Of a stretch of 64,000 nucleotides of DNA, positions 9,449-18,358 are shown one piece after another. The first letter of the stretch is position 1. Each line of letters opens with the position of its first letter. A program made the translations under genes and the position numbers. Origin of the DNA: an uncultured Planctomycetales bacterium (GTDB lineage Bacteria > Omnitrophota > Gorgyraeia > Gygaellales > Profunditerraquicolaceae); NCBI GenBank assembly GCA_964579435.1, contig CAZOGI010000012.1, positions 5,781 to 69,780 of the forward strand, written 5' to 3'. The notes below the pieces were generated by a model. That model was not told the origin of the DNA and searched no databases. It saw nothing but the letters and a program-made list of their open reading frames with translations.

Positions 9449-10384
9449 ATGGCGGAACAACTTTATCAGCGGGATGTTTACGGCAAGGCCCTGGTCGAAC
9501 TGGGCACACTCGATCCGTCGGTCGTGGTCCTGGACGCGGACCTCTCCAGCTCTACGCGCACCGCGCTCTTCGCCAAGGAATTCCCCGGGAGGTTTTTCAA
9601 TTGCGGGGTCGCCGAACAGAACATGATGGCTACCGCCGCCGGACTGGCCAGCTGCGGCAAGACCGTCTTCGTCTCTACGTTTGCGATCTTCGCCTCCGGG
9701 CGGGCCTGGGATCAGGTTCGTAACAGCATTGCCTATAATAATTTCAACGTCAAGATCGTCGCCTCGCACGCCGGCATTACCGTCGGGCCCGATGGGGCAA
9801 GTCACCAGGCCCTCGAAGACATCACCCTGATGCGCGTAATCCCCAATATGAAAGTGATCGTGCCCTGCGACGGGCCGCAGACGCGGGAAGCGGTCCTGGC
9901 CGCGGCAAAGACCCCGGGGCCGTTTTACCTCAGGCTGGGCAGGCCGAAGGTCACGACGATAGAGCCGAAGGAGCCTTTCCGTTTCGGGTCGGTGCAGGTC
10001 CTGCGGGAGGGGACCGACGCGGCGATCTTTGCCTGCGGGGTGATGGTTTCCGAGGCCCTGGCTGCCGCCGAAAAACTCGCGGCGCAGGGTGTGCGGGCGG
10101 GGGTCATCAATGTGCATACGCTCAAGCCCATCGATGCGGGCGGGATCGAGCGGGCGGCGGCGCCGGCGCGTCTGGTCGTCGTCTGCGAAGAGCATACCCT
10201 TATCGGCGGCCTGGCTTCCAGCATCGATGAGGTTCTCGCCGAGCGCTGCCCGAAGCGGGTTCTGCGCTTAGGCATCCGCGATCGTTTCGGCCAGTCCGGA
10301 GAGCCGGCCGAGTTGTTGAAAGAGTATCGTCTCACGAGCCAGGATATCGAAGCGGCGGTGCGCGAAGGTCTTGCGCAGCGCTGA
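9449..10384 (+). CDS. transketolase, C-terminal subunit
   Basis: Pyrimidine-binding and C-terminal transketolase domains, lying directly downstream of the N-terminal subunit. Confidence 0.85.
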   Translation: MAEQLYQRDVYGKALVELGTLDPSVVVLDADLSSSTRTALFAKEFPGRFFNCGVAEQNMMATAAGLASCGKTVFVSTFAIFASGRAWDQVRNSIAYNNFNVKIVASHAGITVGPDGASHQALEDITLMRVIPNMKVIVPCDGPQTREAVLAAAKTPGPFYLRLGRPKVTTIEPKEPFRFGSVQVLREGTDAAIFACGVMVSEALAAAEKLAAQGVRAGVINVHTLKPIDAGGIERAAAPARLVVVCEEHTLIGGLASSIDEVLAERCPKRVLRLGIRDRFGQSGEPAELLKEYRLTSQDIEAAVREGLAQR

Positions 10385-10415
10385 AGTATCTTGCGGAAGA
10401 CAGTCGCACGCGCAC

Positions 10416-11303
10416 GTGAACACACTCACCCTTCGTTCCTTTGCCAAGCTTAACTTGTATCTGCGCGTTACCGGCCGGCAAAGCGACTCCTATCATACCC
10501 TCAGCACCCTTTTTGAACGCATCGGCCTTTTCGATACGATACGGCTGCGTTTGCGCCGGGACGGAAAAATCCGTTTGACGGGCGCTCTGGCGGACGTCCC
10601 GCGGGACCCTTCCAACCTGGCATGGCGCGCGGCAGAGCTTTTTCGAAAGCATACCGGGCTTGCGGCGGGGGCGGATATCGTTTTGCGCAAGCGTATCCCG
10701 GTCGGTGCCGGCCTGGGCGGAGGCTCCAGCAATGCCGCGACCGTGCTCCTGGGCCTTAACCGCCTCTCCGGAGCCGGCCTGAGCACTGCGCAACTCGCGG
10801 GGTTGGCGCGCTCCCTGGGCGCCGACGTCGCGTTTTTCGTCTACGAGAGCCGTTTCGCGCTTGCTTCAGGACGGGGAGACCGTATCCGGCCGCTTCCGCA
10901 ATTTGAGCGCGTGCGTCTCTGGCATGTTCTGGTCGTTCCGCATCTTTCGGTCTCGACCCGCGAAATCTTCCATGCCTGGGACCGCATTTCGCTTCAAAAA
11001 GCGGCATTGACAAGCCCCCGGGAAAATGATAAACTTTCTATCTTGGCCGTCAAAATGGCCCTCCGGCAGGAATTAAAAGGCTTTCTCTTCAATAGCTTAG
11101 AGAAAGTGACCTTCGGATTGTATCCACAGCTGGCTTCGGTGCGCGCTGCGCTCCTGCGCTGCGGAGTCGAATCGGTTTTGATGTCCGGAAGCGGTTCTGC
11201 GGTGTTCGGCGTGGTCTCTTCCCGCAGAGAGGCGCTTTCGGTGCGAAGGCAACTAGAGAGACAGAGGCAGCGCTGGCGTATCTTCGTCGTCCCCGGCGCG
11301 TAG
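10416..11303 (+). CDS. ispE: 4-diphosphocytidyl-2-C-methyl-D-erythritol kinase
   Basis: GHMP kinase motif [18 protein letters not shown] start at 10416 is the likely start (the track begins at 10371). Confidence 0.8.
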   Translation: MNTLTLRSFAKLNLYLRVTGRQSDSYHTLSTLFERIGLFDTIRLRLRRDGKIRLTGALADVPRDPSNLAWRAAELFRKHTGLAAGADIVLRKRIPVGAGLGGGSSNAATVLLGLNRLSGAGLSTAQLAGLARSLGADVAFFVYESRFALASGRGDRIRPLPQFERVRLWHVLVVPHLSVSTREIFHAWDRISLQKAALTSPRENDKLSILAVKMALRQELKGFLFNSLEKVTFGLYPQLASVRAALLRCGVESVLMSGSGSAVFGVVSSRREALSVRRQLERQRQRWRIFVVPGA

Positions 11304-11367
11304 CGGCTGTGGGCGAATTCTTTTCTCTGCTCTCGCTTCAGGGGAATGGATCGGCAAGGAGGGGCCC

Positions 11368-11784
11368 ATGGACATCACCGAGATAAAGATTTTCCTGAAG
11401 GATTCTCCTGACAAGAAACTGAAGGCCTACGTCACCGTTACCTTCGACAATGTTTTCGTCGTGCGCAACATCAAGGTGATCGAGGGGACGGGGGGCTTTT
11501 TCATTGCCATGCCTTCGCGCAAGGCAAAGCATCCGTGTCCCCAATGCAATTTCAAGAACGAGGTGCGCAGCAAATACTGCAACCAGTGCGCGGCTGCGTT
11601 GCCGGTCGTGGCGCATCCCCCCGGGCCGGAAGCGGCCCTGGAGGCTCAGGCGGAGCACAAGGACATTGCGCATCCGATCACCCAGTCGTTCCGCGAGTAC
11701 CTTCAGAAGAAGGTTATTGAAGCCTACGAGTACGAACGCAAGAAGGGGACGGTTTCCCATTCCGGCGGAGATTATCTGGACTAA
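11368..11784 (+). CDS. spoVG: SpoVG family protein with inserted CxxC...CxxC zinc-ribbon
   Basis: The N-terminus [12 protein letters not shown]...[19 protein letters not shown] is canonical Spo[21 protein letters not shown] insert precedes the conserved DIAHPI motif. The gene sits in an ispE-spoVG-glmU-prs-ctc-pth context. Confidence 0.8.
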   Translation: MDITEIKIFLKDSPDKKLKAYVTVTFDNVFVVRNIKVIEGTGGFFIAMPSRKAKHPCPQCNFKNEVRSKYCNQCAAALPVVAHPPGPEAALEAQAEHKDIAHPITQSFREYLQKKVIEAYEYERKKGTVSHSGGDYLD

Positions 11785-11797
11785 AGGGTTCGGCTTT

Positions 11798-11868
11798 TGG
11801 GACGTCGTCCAATGGTAGGACACGAGAATTTGGGTCTCGCTATCATGGTTCGAATCCATGCGTCCCAA
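11798..11868 (+). tRNA. tRNA-Gln(TTG)
   Basis: Cloverleaf: acceptor TGGGACG/CGTCCCA, anticodon arm CGAGA-ATTTGGG-TCTCG, T-arm CATGG-TTCGAAT-CCATG. Confidence 0.8.
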
Positions 11869-11888
11869 TAGATCATAAGGATACCGCT

Positions 11889-13148
11889 ATGCCTAAACAC
11901 GAGATAGCCGTCATCATCCTGGCCGCTGGCAAAAGCACCCGCATGAAATCCGCGGTGCCGAAGGTGCTGCATGAGCTCTGCGGCAGGCCGATGCTTTCTT
12001 ATGTCACCGATCTGGCGAAAGCCGTGCGCGCCCGACGCACGATCGTCGTGCTGGGGCACCAGGCCGAAGCGGTCCGGCCCATCGTTCCGGCCGGCGTCGA
12101 GGTGGTGCTGCAGCGCCTGCAGAAAGGCACGGCGCACGCCGTCCGGCAGGCCCTGCCGCGGCTGCGCTCCTTCAGCGGGACGGTGCTGATCCTCTACGGC
12201 GATACGCCGCTGCTGCAGGCAGAGACCGTGAGGCGCCTGGTCCGCAAACACCGCGATTCCGGCGCCGCGGCGACGATCCTTACCGCGAAGCTGCAGAAAC
12301 CCGCCGGCTACGGCAGGATCGTGCGCGACGCCTATCAGTCGATCAGCGAAATCGTCGAGGAAAAAGACGCCGACGATTTCCAGAAAACGATCGATGAGAT
12401 CAATACCGGTTTCGTCTGTTTCCAGAAGGCGGCGTTGCAGAAGGTCCTTTCGGCGGTCAAGACGAATAACCGCAAAGGGGAGTTCTATCTGACCGACTGC
12501 ATCCGGCTGCTGGCCCGCCAGGGCAAGACCATCGCCGGCATGGATATCGGCGACGTCAACGAGGCGCTGGGGATCAATTCGCGCCTGGAGCTGGCCCAGG
12601 CGGCGGCGATCATCCAGCGGCGCATCAACGAGCGCCACATGAAGGCGGGGGTGACGATCGTTGATCCGGCGACTGCCTGGATCGCCTGGGGGGCGCGCAT
12701 CGGCGCGGATACGGTGATTTATCCCTTTACATTTATCGAAAAGGGTGTTAGCATCAAAGGCCGCTGTTCGGTCGGTCCTTTTGCCCGCCTGCGGGAAGGC
12801 ACCCGCCTGGAACAAGAAGTCGTCATCGGCAATTTCCTTGAGATAGTCCGTTCACGGATTTCCCCCCAGAGTCTCGCCAAGCACTTCGGCTATATCGGCG
12901 ACAGCCGCATCGGCCGCCGCGTCAATATCGGCGCCGGTACGGTCACCGCGAATTTCGACGGGAAGGCCAAGAACGAAACGATCATCCGGGACGGCGCCTT
13001 TATCGGTTCGGACAGTGTTCTGGTCGCACCGGTTTTCGTCGGTCGCGGCGCCGTAACGGGCGCGGGCGCGGTCCTGCCCCGGCGCACGCGCGTGCGCGCG
13101 GGAGAGACCGTGGTCGGCGTGCCGGCGCGCCGCTTGCAGAAGGATTAA
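11889..13148 (+). CDS. glmU: bifunctional UDP-N-acetylglucosamine pyrophosphorylase / glucosamine-1-phosphate N-acetyltransferase
   Basis: N-terminal LAAGKSTRM nucleotidyltransferase motif plus a C-terminal left-handed beta-helix hexapeptide region. Confidence 0.9.
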   Translation: MPKHEIAVIILAAGKSTRMKSAVPKVLHELCGRPMLSYVTDLAKAVRARRTIVVLGHQAEAVRPIVPAGVEVVLQRLQKGTAHAVRQALPRLRSFSGTVLILYGDTPLLQAETVRRLVRKHRDSGAAATILTAKLQKPAGYGRIVRDAYQSISEIVEEKDADDFQKTIDEINTGFVCFQKAALQKVLSAVKTNNRKGEFYLTDCIRLLARQGKTIAGMDIGDVNEALGINSRLELAQAAAIIQRRINERHMKAGVTIVDPATAWIAWGARIGADTVIYPFTFIEKGVSIKGRCSVGPFARLREGTRLEQEVVIGNFLEIVRSRISPQSLAKHFGYIGDSRIGRRVNIGAGTVTANFDGKAKNETIIRDGAFIGSDSVLVAPVFVGRGAVTGAGAVLPRRTRVRAGETVVGVPARRLQKD

Positions 13149-13167
13149 ACCTTAGGGAGCGTTCGCT

Positions 13168-14106
13168 ATGGACAAACTGGCGATTTTTACGGGCAACGCC
13201 AATCCGGCGCTGGCCGAGCGTATTTGCGCGTACCTGAAGATCGCGCTCTCCCAGGCCTCGGTCGGCCGTTTCAGCGAGGGAGAGATCCGCGTCAAGATCG
13301 ACGAGAACGTGCGGGGCAAGGACGTCTTTGTCGTTCAGCCGACCGCGCCGCCGACGAACGAGAACCTGATGGAGCTCCTGATCATGATGGATGCGTTGCG
13401 CCGCTCCTCGGCCCAGCGCATCACCGCGGTCATTCCCTATTTCGGCTATGCCCGCCAGGACCGCAAGGACCAGCCGCGGGTGCCGATCACCGCCAAGCTC
13501 GTCGCGAACCTCTTGACGACCGCGGGGGCCAACCGTATCCTGACGGTCGACCTGCATGCCGGGCAGATCCAGGGGTTTTTCGATATCCCGGTCGACCACC
13601 TCTTCGCCGTGGGGGTCTTCATAGATTATTTCGCCAAGATGCAGCTGAAGGATCTGGTCGTGGTTTCTCCCGATGTCGGCAGCATCAAGATGGCGCGCGC
13701 CTATGCCAAGCGCATGCGGGCGGCCCTTGCGGTCATCGATAAACGCCGGGATTCGCCCGAAAAGACCGAAGTGATGAACATCCTCGGCGATATCGCCGGC
13801 AAGAACGTCGTCATCGTCGATGACATCGTGGCGACGGGCAGTTCGCTGGTGGAGGCGGCCGAGGCCCTGGCCCGTGCCGGGGCAAAGAGCGTGCGCGCGG
13901 CGATTTCGCACGGCGTCCTGTCGGGGCCGGCGATCGAGCGCATCGAAAAGGCCCAGGCGCTGCAGGAGTTGGCGATCACGGATTCCATCCCGCTGGAGGG
14001 GCCCCGCCGGCATCCGCGCATACGGGTCTTGTCTATCGCGGAACTGTTGGGAGAGGCGATCCGCCGTATTCATAACGAAGAGTCGGTGAGCTGTTTGTTC
14101 GACTGA
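13168..14106 (+). CDS. prs: ribose-phosphate pyrophosphokinase
   Basis: PRPP-binding motifs throughout; 312 aa. Confidence 0.9.
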   Translation: MDKLAIFTGNANPALAERICAYLKIALSQASVGRFSEGEIRVKIDENVRGKDVFVVQPTAPPTNENLMELLIMMDALRRSSAQRITAVIPYFGYARQDRKDQPRVPITAKLVANLLTTAGANRILTVDLHAGQIQGFFDIPVDHLFAVGVFIDYFAKMQLKDLVVVSPDVGSIKMARAYAKRMRAALAVIDKRRDSPEKTEVMNILGDIAGKNVVIVDDIVATGSSLVEAAEALARAGAKSVRAAISHGVLSGPAIERIEKAQALQELAITDSIPLEGPRRHPRIRVLSIAELLGEAIRRIHNEESVSCLFD

Positions 14107-14139
14107 AGAAGCGCGTTTGAAAAACGGAGTGAGAGAGAA

Positions 14140-14811
14140 ATGGAACAGATAATCGTCGATGTTGTGAAACGTACGGAAACCGGCAGGGGCAAGGTCAAGG
14201 ACCTGCGGGAGGGCGGTTTCATCCCCGCGGTGATCTACGGCGAAGGTTCCTCCCAGGCGGTCAAGATCCCCAGCGGTGCCTTTTTGCACCTGTTGCACGA
14301 GCGGCGTCTGGAGAACGTGGTCCTGACCCTGCGGGTGAAGGACGACACCAAGAAAAGCCGCTCCTGTCTCATCAAGGATATTCAGTACGATCCCGTGCAC
14401 GGCCATATCGTGCACCTGGATTTCCATGAGATATCCCTGACCAAGATGATCAAGACCAACGTGCCGGTTGTCGCCAAGGGTGAGTCGGTCGGGGTCAAGC
14501 AGGACGGCGGCGCGCTTGAGCACATCATGTGGGAGATCGAGGTCGAGTGCTTGCCGACCGACATCCCCAAGGAGATCGCCGTTGATGTCACGTCGCTGAA
14601 GATCGGCGATGCGGTGCACGTGAAGGACCTGAACGTGCCCTCCAACGTCAAGGTGCTCAGCGACGCCGATGCGACGGTGCTTTCGGTGGCGGCGCCGATG
14701 AAGGAAGAGGTCGCGCCGGTTGCGGAAGAGGGCGCGGCACCGGCAGAGCCGGAGGTGATCCGGGAGAAGAAGGAGCAGCCTGCCGCTGAAGGCAAGGAAG
14801 AAGGCGCTTGA
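14140..14811 (+). CDS. rplY: 50S ribosomal protein L25 / general stress protein Ctc
   Basis: Long Ctc form with an acidic C-terminal extension. Confidence 0.85.
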   Translation: MEQIIVDVVKRTETGRGKVKDLREGGFIPAVIYGEGSSQAVKIPSGAFLHLLHERRLENVVLTLRVKDDTKKSRSCLIKDIQYDPVHGHIVHLDFHEISLTKMIKTNVPVVAKGESVGVKQDGGALEHIMWEIEVECLPTDIPKEIAVDVTSLKIGDAVHVKDLNVPSNVKVLSDADATVLSVAAPMKEEVAPVAEEGAAPAEPEVIREKKEQPAAEGKEEGA

Positions 14812-15398
14812 AGTTGATCGTCGGTTTGGGCAATCCCGGCACGCGCTACGCGGATACCCGCCACAATATAGGGTTTCTGGTGCTGAGGCAGTTGTGCGCC
14901 GACGCCGGTATTGTCCTGCGCCGGGACCTGCTGGGCCGTTGCCAGCAGGGACGCGGGATGCTGGAGGCAACGGCAATCCTGTGCGCGCTGCCCCTTTCGT
15001 ATATGAACCGTTCGGGAGCGGCCGTCTCGCGGCTGCTGAAGCGCCACCGGACCACGCTTCAGGATCTGCTGGTGGTGTGTGACGATATCGACCTGGCGTT
15101 CGGCAGGATCAGGATCAAGCCGTCGGGTTCCTCCGGCGGGCACCGGGGGCTGGGGTCGGTTATTGAGGCGCTGGGCGGTGATTCGGGATTCGCGCGGCTA
15201 CGCTGCGGCGTCGGGCGTCCGCAGGAGGGAAGGGACGCTGCCCAGTACGTTCTGGAGCCGTTCTCTGCGCAGGAGCGGCAGGAGTTGCCTGCGTTTATCA
15301 GGGAGGCTGCCGCGTGCTGCCGCCTCTGGGCGACCGAGGGGATAGAAGGGTGCATGAACCGGTTCAATACACACACAGTAAGTTCTACAAGGAGTTAG
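14808..15398 (+). CDS. pth: peptidyl-tRNA hydrolase
   Basis: LIVGLGNPG motif. The TTG start overlaps the rplY stop (TTGA). Confidence 0.85.
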   Translation: MKLIVGLGNPGTRYADTRHNIGFLVLRQLCADAGIVLRRDLLGRCQQGRGMLEATAILCALPLSYMNRSGAAVSRLLKRHRTTLQDLLVVCDDIDLAFGRIRIKPSGSSGGHRGLGSVIEALGGDSGFARLRCGVGRPQEGRDAAQYVLEPFSAQERQELPAFIREAAACCRLWATEGIEGCMNRFNTHTVSSTRS

Positions 15399-15401
15399 AG
15401 A

Positions 15402-15695
15402 ATGACGCACACGTATGAGGGGATGTTCATTGTCAAGCCTGACCTGGCCGAAGAGGAGCGCAAGACGCTCTTCGGGCAGATCACCGAGCTTATCACCCGG
15501 CACAAAGGCGAGATCGCCGCTGCCGATGTCTGGTCGGAGAAACGCAGGCTCTGTTTTCCGATCAAGAAGCAGCACGACGGCGTGTACTACCTGGTCCGCA
15601 TGAAGATCCCGCCGGAGGCGGTTTCTTCCCTGCAGAAACTGTACCGGCTCAACGAGCAGATCCTGCGGGTGATGTTCACCCGTGTGGCCGAGTGA
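15402..15695 (+). CDS. rpsF: 30S ribosomal protein S6
   Basis: YEGMFIV motif; first gene of the rpsF-ssb-rpsR-rplI operon. Confidence 0.9.
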   Translation: MTHTYEGMFIVKPDLAEEERKTLFGQITELITRHKGEIAAADVWSEKRRLCFPIKKQHDGVYYLVRMKIPPEAVSSLQKLYRLNEQILRVMFTRVAE

Positions 15696-15704
15696 GGGGG
15701 GCGT

Positions 15705-16169
15705 ATGGCTAGTTTCAACAAGTGCCTGCTGATGGGCAATCTGACCAAGGATCCGGAGCTGCGTTATACCCCGGGCGGGACTGCCGTGGTCAACCTGCGC
15801 ATGGCCGTCAGCCGCCGCTACCGCGATCGCAACAATCAGGAATGGAAAGAAGAGGTGTGTTTTGTGACCGTGGTCGCCTGGGACCGTCAGGCCGAGACCT
15901 GTAATCAGTATCTGCGCAAAGGCAGCCCCCTGTTCGTGGAGGGGAGGCTGCAGTCCCGTTCGTGGGAAGATCCCAACGGGCAGAAACGTTCGGTGATGGA
16001 GGTGCGTGCCGAGCGGGTGCAGTTCCTCGGTTCGGGCCAGGGCGCGCGCGGGGCTGCCGCGCCTGCGGCGGCGGGAGATGAGCCGCCCGCGGATCACCAC
16101 CCCGAGCCGGCTTCCGAAGGTGCATGGTTAGCTGAAGACAACGAGGAGGGAAGTATCAATGGTAGTTAA
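15705..16169 (+). CDS. ssb: single-stranded DNA-binding protein
   Basis: OB-fold N-terminus and a Gly/Pro/acidic tail. The C-terminus ends ...EDNEEGSINGS instead of the canonical D-I-P-F tip. Confidence 0.85.
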   Translation: MASFNKCLLMGNLTKDPELRYTPGGTAVVNLRMAVSRRYRDRNNQEWKEEVCFVTVVAWDRQAETCNQYLRKGSPLFVEGRLQSRSWEDPNGQKRSVMEVRAERVQFLGSGQGARGAAAPAAAGDEPPADHHPEPASEGAWLAEDNEEGSINGS

Positions 16170-16422
16170 AAAACCGAAGATGCGCGGCAAGCGCGAGCGC
16201 CGGCCGGGGGCGGGGGTATTCCGTAAAAAGTTCTGCCGGTTCTGCGCCGATAAGACGAAGGTGATCGACTATAAGGACACGAAGTTCCTCGAGCTGTTCA
16301 TGAAAGAACGCGGCAAGATCGTTTCCCGCCGCATGTCGGGCAATTGCGCCAAGCACCAGCGCCGCGTCGCCGAGGAGATCAAGAAGGCGCGGCATCTCTC
16401 GCTCTTGCCTTATGTTCGTTAA
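16159..16422 (+). CDS. rpsR: 30S ribosomal protein S18
   Basis: CRFCADK motif; overlaps the ssb 3' end. Confidence 0.9.
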   Translation: MVVKKPKMRGKRERRPGAGVFRKKFCRFCADKTKVIDYKDTKFLELFMKERGKIVSRRMSGNCAKHQRRVAEEIKKARHLSLLPYVR

Positions 16423-16458
16423 GAGCGCATCGCATTCTCCAGAAGAAGGGGTGAAGGT

Positions 16459-16902
16459 ATGGAAGTTATCCTGAGTCAGGACGTCCAGCGGCTCGGCTCA
16501 ACCGGCCAGGTCGTTAAAGTCAAAGACGGTTTCGCGCGCAACTACCTGTTCCCGCACAAGCTGGCGGTGCCGATGACTTCGGCTAACCTTAAGCTCATGG
16601 AGCAGGAGAAGGCACGCCGGCAGACCCAGCAGGAGCAGCGCCGCGCGGCGGCCCGGGAGCTGGCGGCCAAGATCGCCGCGGTCTCGTTGACCCTGCCGGT
16701 GCTCGTGCAGGAAGACGAATCGCTCTACGGCGCCATCGGTGCGCAGGATATCGCCCGCGCCCTCGCCGATGAAGGCATCGAGATCGACCGCAGCGTCATC
16801 GATCTTCCCGAGCCGATCAAGGGCCTGGGGGTATATGAGGTCCCGCTGCGGCTGCACCCGGAAGTCTCGGGAGTCGTGAAGATCTGGGTGGTCAAGAAAT
16901 AG
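16459..16902 (+). CDS. rplI: 50S ribosomal protein L9
   Basis: MEVILSQDV..LGSTGQVVKVKDGFARNYL N-terminus. Confidence 0.9.
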   Translation: MEVILSQDVQRLGSTGQVVKVKDGFARNYLFPHKLAVPMTSANLKLMEQEKARRQTQQEQRRAAARELAAKIAAVSLTLPVLVQEDESLYGAIGAQDIARALADEGIEIDRSVIDLPEPIKGLGVYEVPLRLHPEVSGVVKIWVVKK

Positions 16903-16965
16903 CCGTCCCAAGACACTGGAACGCCGGCCCCCCGCGGGGGCCGGTCTCGGCACGCACGTTCATTC

Positions 16966-18306
16966 ATGCCCGACCCAAGCGCACTAGAAAAACTCCCACC
17001 CCAAAACCTCGAAGCGGAGATGGCGGTTCTGGGGGCGATGATGATCGACGAGGAGTCGATTGCCACGGCCCTGGAGAATCTGGAGGTGTCGGCCTTCTAT
17101 AAGGAGGCGCACCGCACCATCTTCGAGGCGATCCTGGAGCTCTATAACGCCAGCAAGCCGGTCGATCTCATCACGCTGACGGATGAACTGAAGCGCCGCG
17201 GCAGTCTCGACCAGGTCGGCGGCGTCAGCTATCTGACCGCGCTGGCCAATGCCGTTGCCACCACCGCCAACGTCGGCCAATACGTCGCTATCGTCAAGGA
17301 GAAAGATGTCCTGCGTCACCTCATCCAGAGCGCGACGCGCATCGTGGGGCTCTGTTACGAGAGCGAAGGCAACGTCAGCGATATCGTCGATGACGCGGAA
17401 CGGCTGATCTTCGAGATAAGCAACAAGCGGGTCGCGGGTTCTTACCTGCGCCTGAAAGAGGTGATCAAGAAGAGCATCGAGACTATCGATGCGCTCTATC
17501 AGAAGAAGCAGCACGTCACCGGCGTCCCGACCGGTTTCGTGGAATTCGATACCAAGACCGCGGGGCTGCAGCCTTCCGACCTCATTATTATCGCCGGGCG
17601 TCCCTCGATGGGCAAGAGCGCCTTTGCCCTGGGGATGGCCGAGTACGCGGGGGTCGTCGAAAAGATCCCGACGGCGCTCTTCAGCCTGGAGATGTCCAAG
17701 GAACAGCTTTCGCAGCGGCTTCTCTGTTCCCACGCCCGGGTTGACGCGCACAAGGTGCGTACCGGCTTTCTGGCGGCGTCGGATTGGCCGCGGCTCACCG
17801 CTGCGGCAGGCAAGCTCTCCGAGGCGCCGATTTTCATCGACGATACTCCGGCGATCTCGGTCATGGAGCTGCGCGCCAAGGCGCGGCGGCTCAAGGCGCA
17901 AGAGAACATCCGTTTGGTGATCCTGGATTACCTGCAGCTGATGCGGGGGGTGGGCGGCCGCCTTGACAGCCGCCAGCAGGAGATATCTGATATTTCGCGC
18001 TCCCTGAAGGCGCTGGCACGGGAGCTGGACCTGCCGATCGTGGCGATCTCGCAGCTCTCCCGCGCCGTCGAGGCGCGCGAAGGGCACCGGCCGCAGTTGT
18101 CCGACCTGCGCGAGTCGGGCGCGATCGAACAGGATGCCGACGTGGTGGCGTTGCTGTTCCGCGAGGAGTATTACAAGCCGACCGCGGAGAACCAGGGCAT
18201 AGCCGAGGTGATCATCGCCAAGCAGCGCAACGGTCCGACCGGAACGGTCAAGCTTACCTTTATACGCGAATATACGCGTTTTGAGAACCTCGCCCGCAGC
18301 GAATAA
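16966..18306 (+). CDS. dnaB: replicative DNA helicase
   Basis: Walker A GRPSMGKSAF plus the DnaB N- and C-terminal domains. At 446 aa there is no intein. Confidence 0.9.
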   Translation: MPDPSALEKLPPQNLEAEMAVLGAMMIDEESIATALENLEVSAFYKEAHRTIFEAILELYNASKPVDLITLTDELKRRGSLDQVGGVSYLTALANAVATTANVGQYVAIVKEKDVLRHLIQSATRIVGLCYESEGNVSDIVDDAERLIFEISNKRVAGSYLRLKEVIKKSIETIDALYQKKQHVTGVPTGFVEFDTKTAGLQPSDLIIIAGRPSMGKSAFALGMAEYAGVVEKIPTALFSLEMSKEQLSQRLLCSHARVDAHKVRTGFLAASDWPRLTAAAGKLSEAPIFIDDTPAISVMELRAKARRLKAQENIRLVILDYLQLMRGVGGRLDSRQQEISDISRSLKALARELDLPIVAISQLSRAVEAREGHRPQLSDLRESGAIEQDADVVALLFREEYYKPTAENQGIAEVIIAKQRNGPTGTVKLTFIREYTRFENLARSE

Positions 18307-18358
18307 CGGCGCCGGCGCCGATAAAAGAGTTGATTTAGAAAAGAAAGTCCTCTATAAT

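Noticed and set aside
7340-10195. 951-aa minus-strand ORF
   Set aside because: It runs antisense across the TPR-lipoprotein and both transketolase genes, which have strong motif support. The product is Arg/Pro/Gly-rich low-complexity sequence typical of GC-rich antisense frames.
13000-14976. 658-aa minus-strand ORF
   Set aside because: Antisense to glmU, prs and rplY. No recognisable domains; compositional artefact.
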